64,000 nucleotides of DNA from Planctomycetota bacterium (GTDB taxonomy: Bacteria; Planctomycetota; Brocadiia; Brocadiales; Bathyanammoxibiaceae). Shown here piece after piece: positions 32,218-41,803 of this stretch (the stretch's first letter is position 1; every line of letters starts with the position of its first letter). Position numbers and translations under genes: made by a program. The notes below the pieces were generated by a model, which worked only from the letters and a program-made list of their open reading frames with translations, searched no databases and had not been told where the DNA came from. The stretch covers positions 823-64,822 of the forward strand of contig JACQVQ010000012.1 in NCBI GenBank assembly GCA_016209685.1, given 5' to 3'.

Positions 32218-32418
32218 ATGGGCAAAGTTAGAGAAAGATTTCTTGTGGACCGAAGAGGCAGAAAGACTGCCGTAGTCCTTCCAATAAAGGACTATGAGCG
32301 ACTACTTGAAGACCTTCACGACCTGTCTGTGGTGGCTGAGCGTCGGCATGAACCCACAATTAGTCTTGAGGAATTAAAGCGCAGACTCAAGGCGGATGGG
32401 CTCATACAAGCCTTGTAG
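32218..32418 (+). CDS. Phd/YefM- or RelB-like antitoxin, apparently orphan
   Basis: From ATG 32218 after GGAGA: MGKVRERFLVDRRGRKTAVVLPIKDYERLLEDLHDLSVV...ISLEELKRRL. No toxin ORF follows. Confidence 0.5.
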   Translation: MGKVRERFLVDRRGRKTAVVLPIKDYERLLEDLHDLSVVAERRHEPTISLEELKRRLKADGLIQAL

Positions 32419-32444
32419 GGTGCGTTTCAACGCACCATTTTTTA
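32418..32444 (+). terminator. rho-independent-type terminator formed by a REP unit
   Basis: GGTGCG-TTTCAA-CGCACC stem-loop followed by ATTTTTT. Part of GTAGGGTGCGTTTCAACGCACC (32415-32436). Confidence 0.6.
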
Positions 32445-32477
32445 AAAAATGCCTGATTATAGCCGTGCATATTAGAT

Positions 32478-32499
32478 GGTGCGTTACCACGTACCCTAC
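32478..32499. repeat. inverted second REP unit of a doublet
   Basis: The reverse complement reads GTAGGGTACGTGGTAACGCACC. It pairs with the unit at 32415-32436 across a 41-nt A+T-rich spacer. Confidence 0.75.
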
Positions 32500-32512
32500 A
32501 GACTAAGAAATC

Positions 32513-32570
32513 ATTGTAAATTGTAAATTAGAAATTTAAAATTTGAAATTTACAATTTCCAATTTACAAT
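32513..32570. repeat. heptamer-periodic hairpin element (TTGTAAA flavour)
   Basis: ATTGTAAATTGTAAATTAGAAATTTAAAATTTGAAATTTACAATTTCCAATTTACAAT. Confidence 0.85.
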
Positions 32571-32609
32571 TCTTTTCCCCTTCCCATACTGCTTCCTGCC
32601 TGCTACCCC

Positions 32610-34154
32610 CTACCCCTCCCTTGGCGTCATCACTGACTTGAAGAACCCCAGGTGGGGTTCCTTGTAGGAATGAAGCCCGTGTACCCCTCCCTCGGCCTGG
32701 GCGGAGGGGCTACGGGTCTCAAACCTTAAAGTGCCGTTATAGAGGGCCTCGTGTAGGTCTGAGATGGTGCGACAGCCCAGGTCCTGGAGGGCGTGTTTCA
32801 GGCTCTGCATAAAGTACTCCATGAGGTCCACCACAGAACCCCTATCCACTACTGCCCCGGAGACCCCCTGGGCTACCTTGATTTTGTCCTCTTCAGAGAA
32901 ATACCTCTTGGCCCCGCCTTCCTTCATGGCCTCAAGGGAGGCCATCCCCCGGTATCTCTTCAGCCTCACGCCACCCTCGTAGAAATACTCCCCCGGGGCC
33001 TCGGTGGTCCCTGCCAGTAAGGCCCCAAGCATCACGGCGCTTGCCCCTAAGGACAGTGCCTTGGCAACATGGCCCAGGTTGGATACGCCCCCATCTGCCA
33101 TCACGGGGACGTTGCCGTAGCCCCTGGCAAATTTGGCGCAGTGGTAGACCGCCGAACCCTGGGCCCTGCCCACGGCCAGGGTCTCCTGGGTAATACATAT
33201 ACTCCCACTGCCCATGCCTATCCTGAGGGCGTCCGCCCCCGCATCAATAAGGCTCTTACACTGACGGGCCGTTACCACATTGCCCCCTATTACCTCCACC
33301 TGGGGGTACTTCTTTTTGATGTATTTAATCATGTCAATCTGGAAGACGCTGTCCCCTTGGGAGGCGTCTATTACCACCACGTCCACCCCGGCCTTCGCCA
33401 GTTCTTCCAGCCTCTCCCTGTCCTCCTCCTTGGTAGAGAGGGCCGCCCCTACCAGGAGCTGTTTCGTGGCATTTTTTGAGGCGTTAGGAAAGTCTTCATT
33501 CTTGAGTAGGTCCGTACGGCTCATGAGGGAGACCAATCTGCCCTCTTTATCTACTATGGGGAGCTTACCCTTCTTACACTCCTTCAGGATGCGGTTGCCG
33601 TCCTGAAGGGTCATACCTACCTGGGCGGTGACCAGCTCTCTGGTCATGACCTCCTTGAGTTTGCGCTGGCGATTGGTCTCAAAACATATATCCCTATGGG
33701 TAACTATGCCTATGAGCTTAGAACCAGTCCTGCCATCCTCGGTAATGGGTATCCCCGAAAAGCCGTAGGTCTTTTTAATCTTGTCTATGTCAGCAATGGT
33801 ATTATCCGGGCCCAGGACTACGGGGGCGGTGATAAAGCCGTTCTCAAACCTCTTTGCCAGCCTGACGTGTTTGACCTGCTCCTCTATCGTATTGTTATAA
33901 TGGATGATGCCTATACCCCCGCACAGGGCCATGTAGATGGCCATCTTGGACTCGGTAACGGTATCCATCGGGGAACTCACTATGGGTCTCTTCAGTTTTA
34001 TGTTCCTGGTGAGGCGTGTCTCTAAATCCACCTCGTCTGCACCAAAATCAATGTGCCCTGGCAAGAGGATAAAATCACTGTAAGTAAGACCTCCCCTGTT
34101 CTCAAAGAAGGTCTCTGCACTAAACCCGTTCCCACTATTATTTTCTAATAGCAT
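32610..34154 (-). CDS. guaB: IMP dehydrogenase
   Basis: GIGIIH, tandem CBS insert, [13 protein letters not shown] catalytic loop, GGVSN. Confidence 0.95.
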   Translation of the reverse strand: MLLENNSGNGFSAETFFENRGGLTYSDFILLPGHIDFGADEVDLETRLTRNIKLKRPIVSSPMDTVTESKMAIYMALCGGIGIIHYNNTIEEQVKHVRLAKRFENGFITAPVVLGPDNTIADIDKIKKTYGFSGIPITEDGRTGSKLIGIVTHRDICFETNRQRKLKEVMTRELVTAQVGMTLQDGNRILKECKKGKLPIVDKEGRLVSLMSRTDLLKNEDFPNASKNATKQLLVGAALSTKEEDRERLEELAKAGVDVVVIDASQGDSVFQIDMIKYIKKKYPQVEVIGGNVVTARQCKSLIDAGADALRIGMGSGSICITQETLAVGRAQGSAVYHCAKFARGYGNVPVMADGGVSNLGHVAKALSLGASAVMLGALLAGTTEAPGEYFYEGGVRLKRYRGMASLEAMKEGGAKRYFSEEDKIKVAQGVSGAVVDRGSVVDLMEYFMQSLKHALQDLGCRTISDLHEALYNGTLRFETRSPSAQAEGGVHGLHSYKEPHLGFFKSVMTPREG

Positions 34155-34281
34155 ATCTTTACACTCCTTTGCCCAGCTATCGGCAGTCTTTCATGCCAGG
34201 CTGGGGACAGAGCCCCAGCCCTATATTCCTTACCGATATAGCCCAGGTGCTCCGACACCTGGGTCTGAAGGCCGAGAATAT

Positions 34282-36567
34282 TTATAACATACTATAGGGG
34301 TCTATATCTATGGTAATCCTTACGCCTCCAGTAGTACCACCAGGGATTCCCTCCAGGAGTTCTTTTATTGCCTCACTGTGGGGGGACCTGAGACTCAACT
34401 GCCAGCGGAATTGGTTCTTGATTCTAGGAATAGGGGCTGGGGCGGGACCTACCACCTCCACCCCTGGGGTGGTAACCTTTGTCAGTAGTCCGCCTGGGAT
34501 GGATGCCACCTGCCTCAATGCCTCAGCCAGCTTTTGGGCCCTATCCTTCACCCTCTCTTCTTTCTGCCCTACAAGGACTATCCTGGCCATATAACCAAAA
34601 GGAGGATAACCCAGTTCCCTGCGGTACTCCAGTTCCCTATCAGCAAAACCCTCATAATCATGGGCGGCCGCCGCCAGGATGGCATACTGTCTGGGGTTAA
34701 AGGTCTGGACTACCACCCTGCCTCCCTTTGGACCTCTCCCCGCCCGGCCTGCTACCTGGGCCAGGAGCTGGAAGGTCCTCTCCACGGCCCTGAAGTCGGG
34801 CAGATTCAATATGGTATCGGCCGATATGACCCCCACCAGGGTAACGTTGGGGAGGTCTAGCCCCTTGGCAATCATCTGAGTACCTACAAGAATCTGAACC
34901 TCCCCCCGCTCAAAAGATTTGAGGGCCTTCGCATGGGCGTTCCTCCCCTTCATGGAGTCACTATCCATCCTCAGGGCCTTGTACCCGGGGAAGTAGCGGC
35001 CCATCTCCTCCTCAATCCTCTCCGTACCCAACCCAAAATAATTCAGCCTCGCCCCGGCGCACTCCGGGCAATTCTCCTGTGGCTTGACTTCATAGAAACA
35101 GTAATGGCAGATGGTGCTATGCTGTCTCTTGTGATACGTCAGGGGTATGTCGCACCTTTTACATCTCAAGACATACCCACACCTTGGACAGCTCACGAAG
35201 GGAGAAAAACCCCTCCGGTTCAGGAAGAGGAGGGCCTGCTCTCCCTTTGAGAGGCACTCCTTCATGTAGAGCTCCAGTCTGCGGGATATGAGCCTCGTAT
35301 GCCTCCCTTCGTGGAAGCCCTCCTTCATGTCCACTATCTCTACCCGTGGCAAGGGACGCTGCCCAATCCTCTGGCTGAGGATTGCCCTCTGGTACCTCCC
35401 CATCAGGGCGTTAAAATAGGTCTCCAGTGAGGGCGTTGCAGAGCCCAGGATGACCACTGCCCCTTCCTCTCTTGCCCTCATAAGGGCCACTTCTCTGGCA
35501 TGATAACGTGGAGAGGTCTCCTGCTTATAAGTTACCTCATGCTCCTCATCCACCACGATGAGACCCAGGTTCTCTACCGGGGCAAAGACCGCCGAACGTG
35601 CCCCAATCACCACCCTGGCCTTCCCTCCTCTTATGGCCTGCCACTGGTCGTAACGCTCGGCCCCGGTAAGGTGGCTGTGCAGTACCGCTATTATGTTACC
35701 AAAACGCCCACCATAGCGTTCTATGGCCTGGGGGGTAAGGGATATCTCAGGCACCAGGACTATTGCCCCACGCCCCAGGGCTAACACCTCTTCTATGGCC
35801 CTCAGGTACACCTCTGTCTTCCCACTGCCTGTAACCCCCTGGAGGAGTACGGTGGGGGCGACCGGCCGGTCGCCCCTACACAGAGAGAACTGTGTCTTTA
35901 TAAGGCTAAGGGCCTGCCCTTGTTCGGAGGTGAGTTCGGGTTTCGGCCTTTGGCTTTCAGAGATGGACAGACCTGAAGGTCTGTCCCTACACTCGGGCTG
36001 TTCGTATATCTCTACAAGCCCCTTACTGGAGAGGCTATTTAATCCACCCAGGTTACAGCCGCTCTGGCGGGAAAGTTCCTTCAGAGGTATGCCGTTATTA
36101 GACTCCAGGAGTACTTCAAGGGCCCTGGCCTGCCTTGGGGCCTTTTTTCTGAGACCTTCCAGCGCCTCCAGGATGAGAACCCTATCTTTTGTAAGCCTGA
36201 GGGCCTTAAGGGTCTGTAGGGCCCCTCCTCTGGCAGACTTGCGCTCCCCCTTTACGGCCGCCGGAAGGGCCGCTTCCATAGCCTCCCCCCAGGTACAACG
36301 ATAGTACCTGGCTATCTCCCGGGTGAGACGTAACATCTTCTCCCCCAGTAGGGGCTGGTGGTCCAGTACCTCTTTTATTTCCTTGAGTTCCATGGCTACA
36401 GGGGCGTCTGGAAAACCCACACAGTAGCCATTCACCAGCCTATGCCCGAGGGGCACCCTTACCCGGCTTCCTATCCTTAGCTCAGGCACAAGGGTGTCGG
36501 GGACCTTATAATGTAAGGTCTTGTCAAGAGGGGCGTTAACCACCACCTCTGCATAGTTATGATACAC
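34282..36567 (-). CDS. priA: primosomal protein N' (replication restart helicase)
   Basis: LLQGVTGSGKTEVY Walker A, VVDEEHE, Cys-rich zinc module CPRCG...CKRC...CHYC...CPEC. Confidence 0.95.
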   Translation of the reverse strand: MYHNYAEVVVNAPLDKTLHYKVPDTLVPELRIGSRVRVPLGHRLVNGYCVGFPDAPVAMELKEIKEVLDHQPLLGEKMLRLTREIARYYRCTWGEAMEAALPAAVKGERKSARGGALQTLKALRLTKDRVLILEALEGLRKKAPRQARALEVLLESNNGIPLKELSRQSGCNLGGLNSLSSKGLVEIYEQPECRDRPSGLSISESQRPKPELTSEQGQALSLIKTQFSLCRGDRPVAPTVLLQGVTGSGKTEVYLRAIEEVLALGRGAIVLVPEISLTPQAIERYGGRFGNIIAVLHSHLTGAERYDQWQAIRGGKARVVIGARSAVFAPVENLGLIVVDEEHEVTYKQETSPRYHAREVALMRAREEGAVVILGSATPSLETYFNALMGRYQRAILSQRIGQRPLPRVEIVDMKEGFHEGRHTRLISRRLELYMKECLSKGEQALLFLNRRGFSPFVSCPRCGYVLRCKRCDIPLTYHKRQHSTICHYCFYEVKPQENCPECAGARLNYFGLGTERIEEEMGRYFPGYKALRMDSDSMKGRNAHAKALKSFERGEVQILVGTQMIAKGLDLPNVTLVGVISADTILNLPDFRAVERTFQLLAQVAGRAGRGPKGGRVVVQTFNPRQYAILAAAAHDYEGFADRELEYRRELGYPPFGYMARIVLVGQKEERVKDRAQKLAEALRQVASIPGGLLTKVTTPGVEVVGPAPAPIPRIKNQFRWQLSLRSPHSEAIKELLEGIPGGTTGGVRITIDIDPYSML
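35961..35990. repeat. REP-like palindrome in frame inside priA
   Basis: Minus strand reads GTAGGGACAGACCTTCAGGTCTGTCC and encodes CRDRPSGLS in the linker before the helicase core. Same family as 50788 and the moaA insert. Confidence 0.75.
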
Positions 36568-36640
36568 CTTCTGCCTCCCGGACTTTTAAAAAATCTTAGC
36601 ATACCTATCAGGCTGTGTCAATTGAGAGGGAGTTCCCTAT

Positions 36641-36794
36641 TTAGGGGGTAGGGGCAAGAATTCAGAAGTCAGAATTCAGTAGTAGGTGATGGATTATAGA
36701 CTAAAAGGAAAGTCCAAAGTCTTCAGTAGCTAGTATCCTGACTACTGACTTCTGTATTCTTTACCTAGTCCCTAGCCCCCTGACCCCTGGTCCT
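36641..36794. repeat. three-layer nested heptamer-periodic hairpin (22 units)
   Basis: TTAGGGG GTAGGGG CAAGAAT TCAGAAG TCAGAAT TCAGTAG TAGGTGA TGGATTA TAGACTA AAAGGAA AGTCCAA AGTCTTC AGTAGCT AGTATCC TGACTAC TGACTTC TGTATTC TTTACCT AGTCCCT AGCCCCC TGACCCC TGGTCCT. Confidence 0.85.
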
Positions 36795-36798
36795 TATT

Positions 36799-38289
36799 TT
36801 AGAGTGCAGAGAGGGCCGTTACAGCCCCTTTGATGACCCCTACCAGGGGAGTGGGATAGATACCCAGGGCGATGATGGTAACTCCCAGCACCAGTAGCAC
36901 CAGCTTCCCAAACAGTGAGCCTACAGGCTCCTCCATAGGGGCAAAACGCCCTGGTAACGCATACATCCTGAGCATCAGCCCAAGATAGTAGTACAGTGAC
37001 ACGGCAGAGTTTAATACCGCTATAACGGCAAGACCCACAAAACCCGCATTCACCGCCGCACCAAAGAGGTAAAGCTTTCCAATGAAACCTGCCGTAAGGG
37101 GTATGCCTGCCAGAGAGAGGAGGCATATAGAGAGGATGGCGGCCTGAACGGGCTGGGTGTAGCCTAAAGAGGTGTAATCCTCCGCCTTGAGCCTCTCCCC
37201 TTCGCCTGCGGTGGTGCCACCGCCTGCCCTGGTCAGGGAGGCAATACACCCGAAGGCCGCAAGCCCCATGACTGCATAAAAGGCGGAATACAGCAGGATG
37301 GCCTCCATGCCCCTGGTACTAAGGGCAATAAAGGCCACCAACAGGTAGCCTACGTGGGCAATGCTTGAGTAGGCAAGCATCCTCTTTACGTTCTTCTGCA
37401 GGAGGGCGGCCACGTTCCCCAGGGTCATACTCAGGACGGCCAATACCCACAGTATCCCTACCCATTGACTGGAGACCTGGATAAAGGGATTGTTGAATAG
37501 TCTAAGGATAAGGGCAATGACGGCAATCTTACTCCCTGTGGAGAGGAGTCCCGTTATGGGGGTGGGTGCCCCTTCATACACGTCAGGGGCCCACATGTGG
37601 AAAGGTACCATGGCAATCTTGAAACCCAGACCAACCATCATCAAGGCAATGCCTATCTGCAGTAGGGGCAATTCGTGAATTGCCCCTGCCCCACCCAGGC
37701 CACCCAGTATGGACTCCATCTTACTGAAACTGATGGTCCCGGTAGCCCCATAGACCAGGGCAATACCAAAGAGTAGGAAACCACTGGCGAATGCCCCCGT
37801 GAGGATATATTTTATGGCCGCCTCGGTAGATACCCACTTATCCCTCTGAGAGCCTACCAGCATGTACATGGAGATGGAAAGGAGTTCCAGGCTCAGGAAC
37901 ATCATCAACAAATCCATGCTGGATACCAGGAGCATCATCCCCAGCGTGGCAAAGAGGACCAGGGGGTAGTATTTCCCTCCATCTACCCTTGTGTTCTCCA
38001 CGTAGCTAAGGGATATTGCCATGGTAATCATGGCAATAAGGATAAATAATATGTTAAAGAAGGTAGTATAGCCGTCCACGGCCAGCAGGGAACTCTCGTA
38101 AGGGATCCCCCTGCCCCACTGCATAAGGCTCCTGATGAGGGCTATGTGCAGGCCCACCAGACAGGTGGCGAATACCATACGGGGACTCCTTGAAAAGACC
38201 TCCACCAGCAGGGCCAGTATGGCAAAGAGGGCCACTATTAACTGGGGCATGGTACTGTCTATGTTAACGGCTGGAAAGGTTATCTCCAT
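36799..38289 (-). CDS. nuoN: NADH-quinone oxidoreductase subunit N
   Basis: 496-aa antiporter-like polytopic protein, in last position of the nuoA-N order. Confidence 0.9.
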   Translation of the reverse strand: MEITFPAVNIDSTMPQLIVALFAILALLVEVFSRSPRMVFATCLVGLHIALIRSLMQWGRGIPYESSLLAVDGYTTFFNILFILIAMITMAISLSYVENTRVDGGKYYPLVLFATLGMMLLVSSMDLLMMFLSLELLSISMYMLVGSQRDKWVSTEAAIKYILTGAFASGFLLFGIALVYGATGTISFSKMESILGGLGGAGAIHELPLLQIGIALMMVGLGFKIAMVPFHMWAPDVYEGAPTPITGLLSTGSKIAVIALILRLFNNPFIQVSSQWVGILWVLAVLSMTLGNVAALLQKNVKRMLAYSSIAHVGYLLVAFIALSTRGMEAILLYSAFYAVMGLAAFGCIASLTRAGGGTTAGEGERLKAEDYTSLGYTQPVQAAILSICLLSLAGIPLTAGFIGKLYLFGAAVNAGFVGLAVIAVLNSAVSLYYYLGLMLRMYALPGRFAPMEEPVGSLFGKLVLLVLGVTIIALGIYPTPLVGVIKGAVTALSAL

Positions 38290-38290
38290 A

Positions 38291-39865
38291 TCATTTCTCA
38301 GTTTTCAGTTCTCGGTCTTCAGTTATCTGACAACTGGCAACTGACAACCGATTCTTAGGTATCTCCTTCTGGGCCAGCTTCTTTTCGGCCCTCACCAGCA
38401 GGGCCGATGCCGAAGGCTCTATCCTGTCTAGTAGAATCTTGGGATACACCCCTATCAGGACCACCAGTATGGCAGGGATGGTCAGGGTCACCGTCTCCAT
38501 GAAAGAGAGGTCGTACCAGGTCCTTGTCCTCTCAGGGGCAGGCCCGAACATCACCCGCCAGAACATCCACAGGAGATACGCCGCGGTAAGCACCACCACA
38601 AAGCTGGCCGCTACGCCATAAATGACGTTCACCCTGAAGGCCCCCAGGAAGATGAGAAATTCTCCCACAAAGTTAGAGAGCCCGGGTATACCCACGGACG
38701 CCAGGGTAAAGAACATAAAGAACCCCCCCATGAGGGGCATGTCCCTCCATACGCCTCCCATCTGGGAGATGTCCTTAGTGCGGCTCCTCTTATGGAGCAT
38801 CCCCACTATGATAAATAATGCCCCACTGGAAAGGGCTATGGATACCATCATCAGGATTGCCCCTTCTATCCCCTGGAGGTTCAGTACGAATATGCCCAAG
38901 ATTATTAGTCCCACGTGGCTGACACTAGAATAGGCAATCAGCCTCTTGATGTCATCCTGGACGGTGGCTATCAGCGCACCATAGAGGTTGGCCAGGAGGG
39001 CCAGCATCACCACCAGCGGGGCATAGCTGGCGGAAAAGTCGGGGAATAATGGCAAGAAGAACCTCAAGAAGGCATAGGCCCCTGTCTTTATCAAGAGGCC
39101 CGTTATGTCCACTGCCCCAGAGATGGGCGCCTCGGCGTGGGCATCGGGGAGCCACGTGTGGAAGGGCACCAGGGGCGACTTTACGGCAAAGGCCACAAAG
39201 AAGGCGAACCCCATGGGGAGAAGGGCATAGGCCGGTATTGAGGTCTCATAGAGTTGGACAATGTCAAAGGTATACGTGCCAGTCTGGGCGTGGTGGAAGA
39301 AGTACAGGGAAAGGATGGCCACCAGCATGAGTAGGCTTCCACCCATGGTGTATATAATAAGCTTTATCGTAGCGTAGCGTCTGTTCTCGCCTCCCCATAG
39401 GCCGATAAGGAAATACATTGGCACCAGCATTATCTCCCAGAAGACGTAGAACAGTAACAGGTCCATGCTGAGGAATATCCCCAGGAGACCCGCCTCCATG
39501 AGGAGGATAAACCCTGAGAAGAGTCCGGGACGCCTCTCCACCTCCCCCCACGAGCTCAAGAGTGCCAGGAATACCATGAAGGTGGTAATGAGCACCATAA
39601 AGAGGCTTATGCCATCCACCCCAAGGCTGTAGCCGGCCCCCAAATCGGGTATCCAGTCCCTGCGCTCCGCAAACTGCATCCCCGCCGAGGCGGGATTGAA
39701 GGCCCTGAAAAGGGCAAGAGATAAGAGTAGGTTCACCCCTGCTACAAGGAGGGCCAGGACCCTGGGAAAGAAATCATCCGCCCAGGGGATGAGGAATATC
39801 AGCCCTGCCCCTATCGCTGGCAATAAGATTAGTATAGATAAGACTGGCCAGTGCGTTATGTCCAT
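38291..39865 (-). CDS. nuoM: NADH-quinone oxidoreductase subunit M (C-terminal tail encoded by a heptamer element)
   Basis: FHTWLPDAHAEAP motif, 524 aa. The last ~19 codons (NRLSVASCQITEDRELKTEK) lie in the repeat at 38295-38350. Confidence 0.9.
   Translation of the reverse strand: MDITHWPVLSILILLPAIGAGLIFLIPWADDFFPRVLALLVAGVNLLLSLALFRAFNPASAGMQFAERRDWIPDLGAGYSLGVDGISLFMVLITTFMVFLALLSSWGEVERRPGLFSGFILLMEAGLLGIFLSMDLLLFYVFWEIMLVPMYFLIGLWGGENRRYATIKLIIYTMGGSLLMLVAILSLYFFHHAQTGTYTFDIVQLYETSIPAYALLPMGFAFFVAFAVKSPLVPFHTWLPDAHAEAPISGAVDITGLLIKTGAYAFLRFFLPLFPDFSASYAPLVVMLALLANLYGALIATVQDDIKRLIAYSSVSHVGLIILGIFVLNLQGIEGAILMMVSIALSSGALFIIVGMLHKRSRTKDISQMGGVWRDMPLMGGFFMFFTLASVGIPGLSNFVGEFLIFLGAFRVNVIYGVAASFVVVLTAAYLLWMFWRVMFGPAPERTRTWYDLSFMETVTLTIPAILVVLIGVYPKILLDRIEPSASALLVRAEKKLAQKEIPKNRLSVASCQITEDRELKTEK
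38295..38350. repeat. heptamer-periodic hairpin element (TCAGTTN flavour) inside the nuoM 3' end
   Basis: TCTCAGT TTTCAGT TCTCGGT CTTCAGT TATCTGA CAACTGG CAACTGA CAACCGA. Confidence 0.8.
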
Positions 39866-39874
39866 TTCACGCCT

Positions 39875-41803
39875 CTAAAAAATATACAAATACCCCATTA
39901 TCACTACTGCCCCCGCTACCATAAACAGGGCGTACCACCTTACCAGCCCCGTCTGGAGTCTGGGTACAATCTCCCCGCCTCCTAATACAAGGCCAGCCAA
40001 TCCCCTTACCGTCATATCCAGCACGGAGGTATCCACTGCCTGCCAGAAGAAATTGGCCGCTCCCATGAATCTATCCACAAAGACCACCTGATAAATCTTA
40101 TCAAAGTACCACCCATTAGAAAGGAAGTCGTACACACCGCTCAGGGTCTGCCGTAACCTCCCTGGGGCCTCTCTACCTTCAGGTGAAACATAGAAGTAAT
40201 AGGCCAGAATTATTCCTAACATGGCCACCATAGAAGATACAGTCATCAGCATAATCCCCAGCCTGGAGGAATCCCCCCCTCCGTCAGTATGATGCGCCGG
40301 TGGAAAGACAGGGGCAAGGAAGGAGCTTATCCTGTCCGCACCACCCAGGGCATGGGGTACACCCATGTAGCCTCCCACCGCCGCCAACACGGCCAGGAGC
40401 ATGAGGGGGATGGTCATCACCGGGGCCGGATGATGTACCTCCTCCACGTGCGGGTCCCACCTCTTTTCACCCAGAAAGGCATTAAAGAAGAGCCTGAAAC
40501 AATAGAACGCCGTAAGGCCGGCAGTAACTACCATTATTAGCCACAGGAGCACCCCCCCATTGGTAAAGGAGGCCTCCAGTATGGCATCCTTGCTGAAGAA
40601 GCCTGCAAGGCCAGGTATGCCAGCCATGGCCAGCGCCCCCACCAGGAAGGTCCAGAAGGTAGCGGGGATATGGCCCTTAAGCGCCCCCATCCGCCTTATG
40701 TCCATCTCCTCATGGAGGGCATGGATGACCGCCCCTGCCCCAAGGAACAAGAGGGCCTTGGCAAAGGCATGGGTAAGGAGGTGGAAGATGGCCGCCGCCG
40801 GCGCACCAACCCCTAACCCAATGAACATGTGGCCGAGCTGACTGACCGTGGAGTAGGCAAGTATCCTCTTTATATCGTTATTCACCAAGGCAATGGTGGC
40901 AGAGATGACGGCAGTAAGGAGGCCAATAACCGCCACCGTAGACATGGCCGTGGGGGAGAGTTGGAATATAGGATAACACCTGGCCACCAGGTAGACGCCC
41001 GCAGTGACCATTGTGGCGGCGTGGATGAGGGCACTCACTGGGGTGGGCGCCTCCATGGCATCGGGCAGCCACGTGTGGAGAGGCACCTGGGCCGACTTGC
41101 CTACTGCCCCGCCAAATATGAGGAGGGCTATCCAGGTGGCCATGACAGGCGTCAGCACCTCATGGGCCCTGGGCAAGACCTCTCCAAAATATATGCTCTT
41201 AAACTGGACAAAGACCAGCATTATCCCCAGGGTAAAGAAGAAGTCTCCAAAACGAGTAACCACAAACGCCTTCAGCCCTGCCCTGGCCGCCGACTGCTTA
41301 TGATACAGGAAGCTTATCAGTAAATAGGAACACGTCCCCACGCCCTCCCAGCCTATGTAGAGCACCAGGAAATTCCCCGCCAGTACCAGGAGGAGCATAA
41401 AGAAGACAAACAGGTTCAGGTAGAAGAAATACCTGGCAAAACTCTCGTCCCGGCTCATGTACCCCACAGAGTAGACGTGTATCAGGAAGCTTACCCCGGA
41501 GACCATGGTAATCATGACCATTGATAAGGGGTCAAGGAGCAGGTCTATCGGTGCACTGAAGTCCCCGGAGGGTATCCAGTTGTACATGCACAACTCTATG
41601 TGCCGCTGTTCAACGGGGAGCTTCAGGAAGGAATTAAAGAGGAGTAGAGACAGGACGGCGGCAAGCCCTATACTGCCGCAGGCCACGATGCTTACGACAA
41701 AGTTGCTCACCTGCCTCCCCAGGAGGCAATTGAAGAGCGCCCCGGCGAGGGGTAAGGCAGGTACTAGCCACAGCTTGCTGAAGAGACCTGTCGCCTCTAC
41801 CAC
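39875..41803 (-). CDS. nuoL: NADH-quinone oxidoreductase subunit L
   Basis: HTWLPDAMEAPTPVSALIHAATMV motif. Start placed at GTG 41803 (GTGGTAG overlap with the nuoK stop), not at the ORF-track ATG 41953, which overlaps nuoK by 157 nt. Confidence 0.9.
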   Translation of the reverse strand: MVEATGLFSKLWLVPALPLAGALFNCLLGRQVSNFVVSIVACGSIGLAAVLSLLLFNSFLKLPVEQRHIELCMYNWIPSGDFSAPIDLLLDPLSMVMITMVSGVSFLIHVYSVGYMSRDESFARYFFYLNLFVFFMLLLVLAGNFLVLYIGWEGVGTCSYLLISFLYHKQSAARAGLKAFVVTRFGDFFFTLGIMLVFVQFKSIYFGEVLPRAHEVLTPVMATWIALLIFGGAVGKSAQVPLHTWLPDAMEAPTPVSALIHAATMVTAGVYLVARCYPIFQLSPTAMSTVAVIGLLTAVISATIALVNNDIKRILAYSTVSQLGHMFIGLGVGAPAAAIFHLLTHAFAKALLFLGAGAVIHALHEEMDIRRMGALKGHIPATFWTFLVGALAMAGIPGLAGFFSKDAILEASFTNGGVLLWLIMVVTAGLTAFYCFRLFFNAFLGEKRWDPHVEEVHHPAPVMTIPLMLLAVLAAVGGYMGVPHALGGADRISSFLAPVFPPAHHTDGGGDSSRLGIMLMTVSSMVAMLGIILAYYFYVSPEGREAPGRLRQTLSGVYDFLSNGWYFDKIYQVVFVDRFMGAANFFWQAVDTSVLDMTVRGLAGLVLGGGEIVPRLQTGLVRWYALFMVAGAVVIMGYLYIF

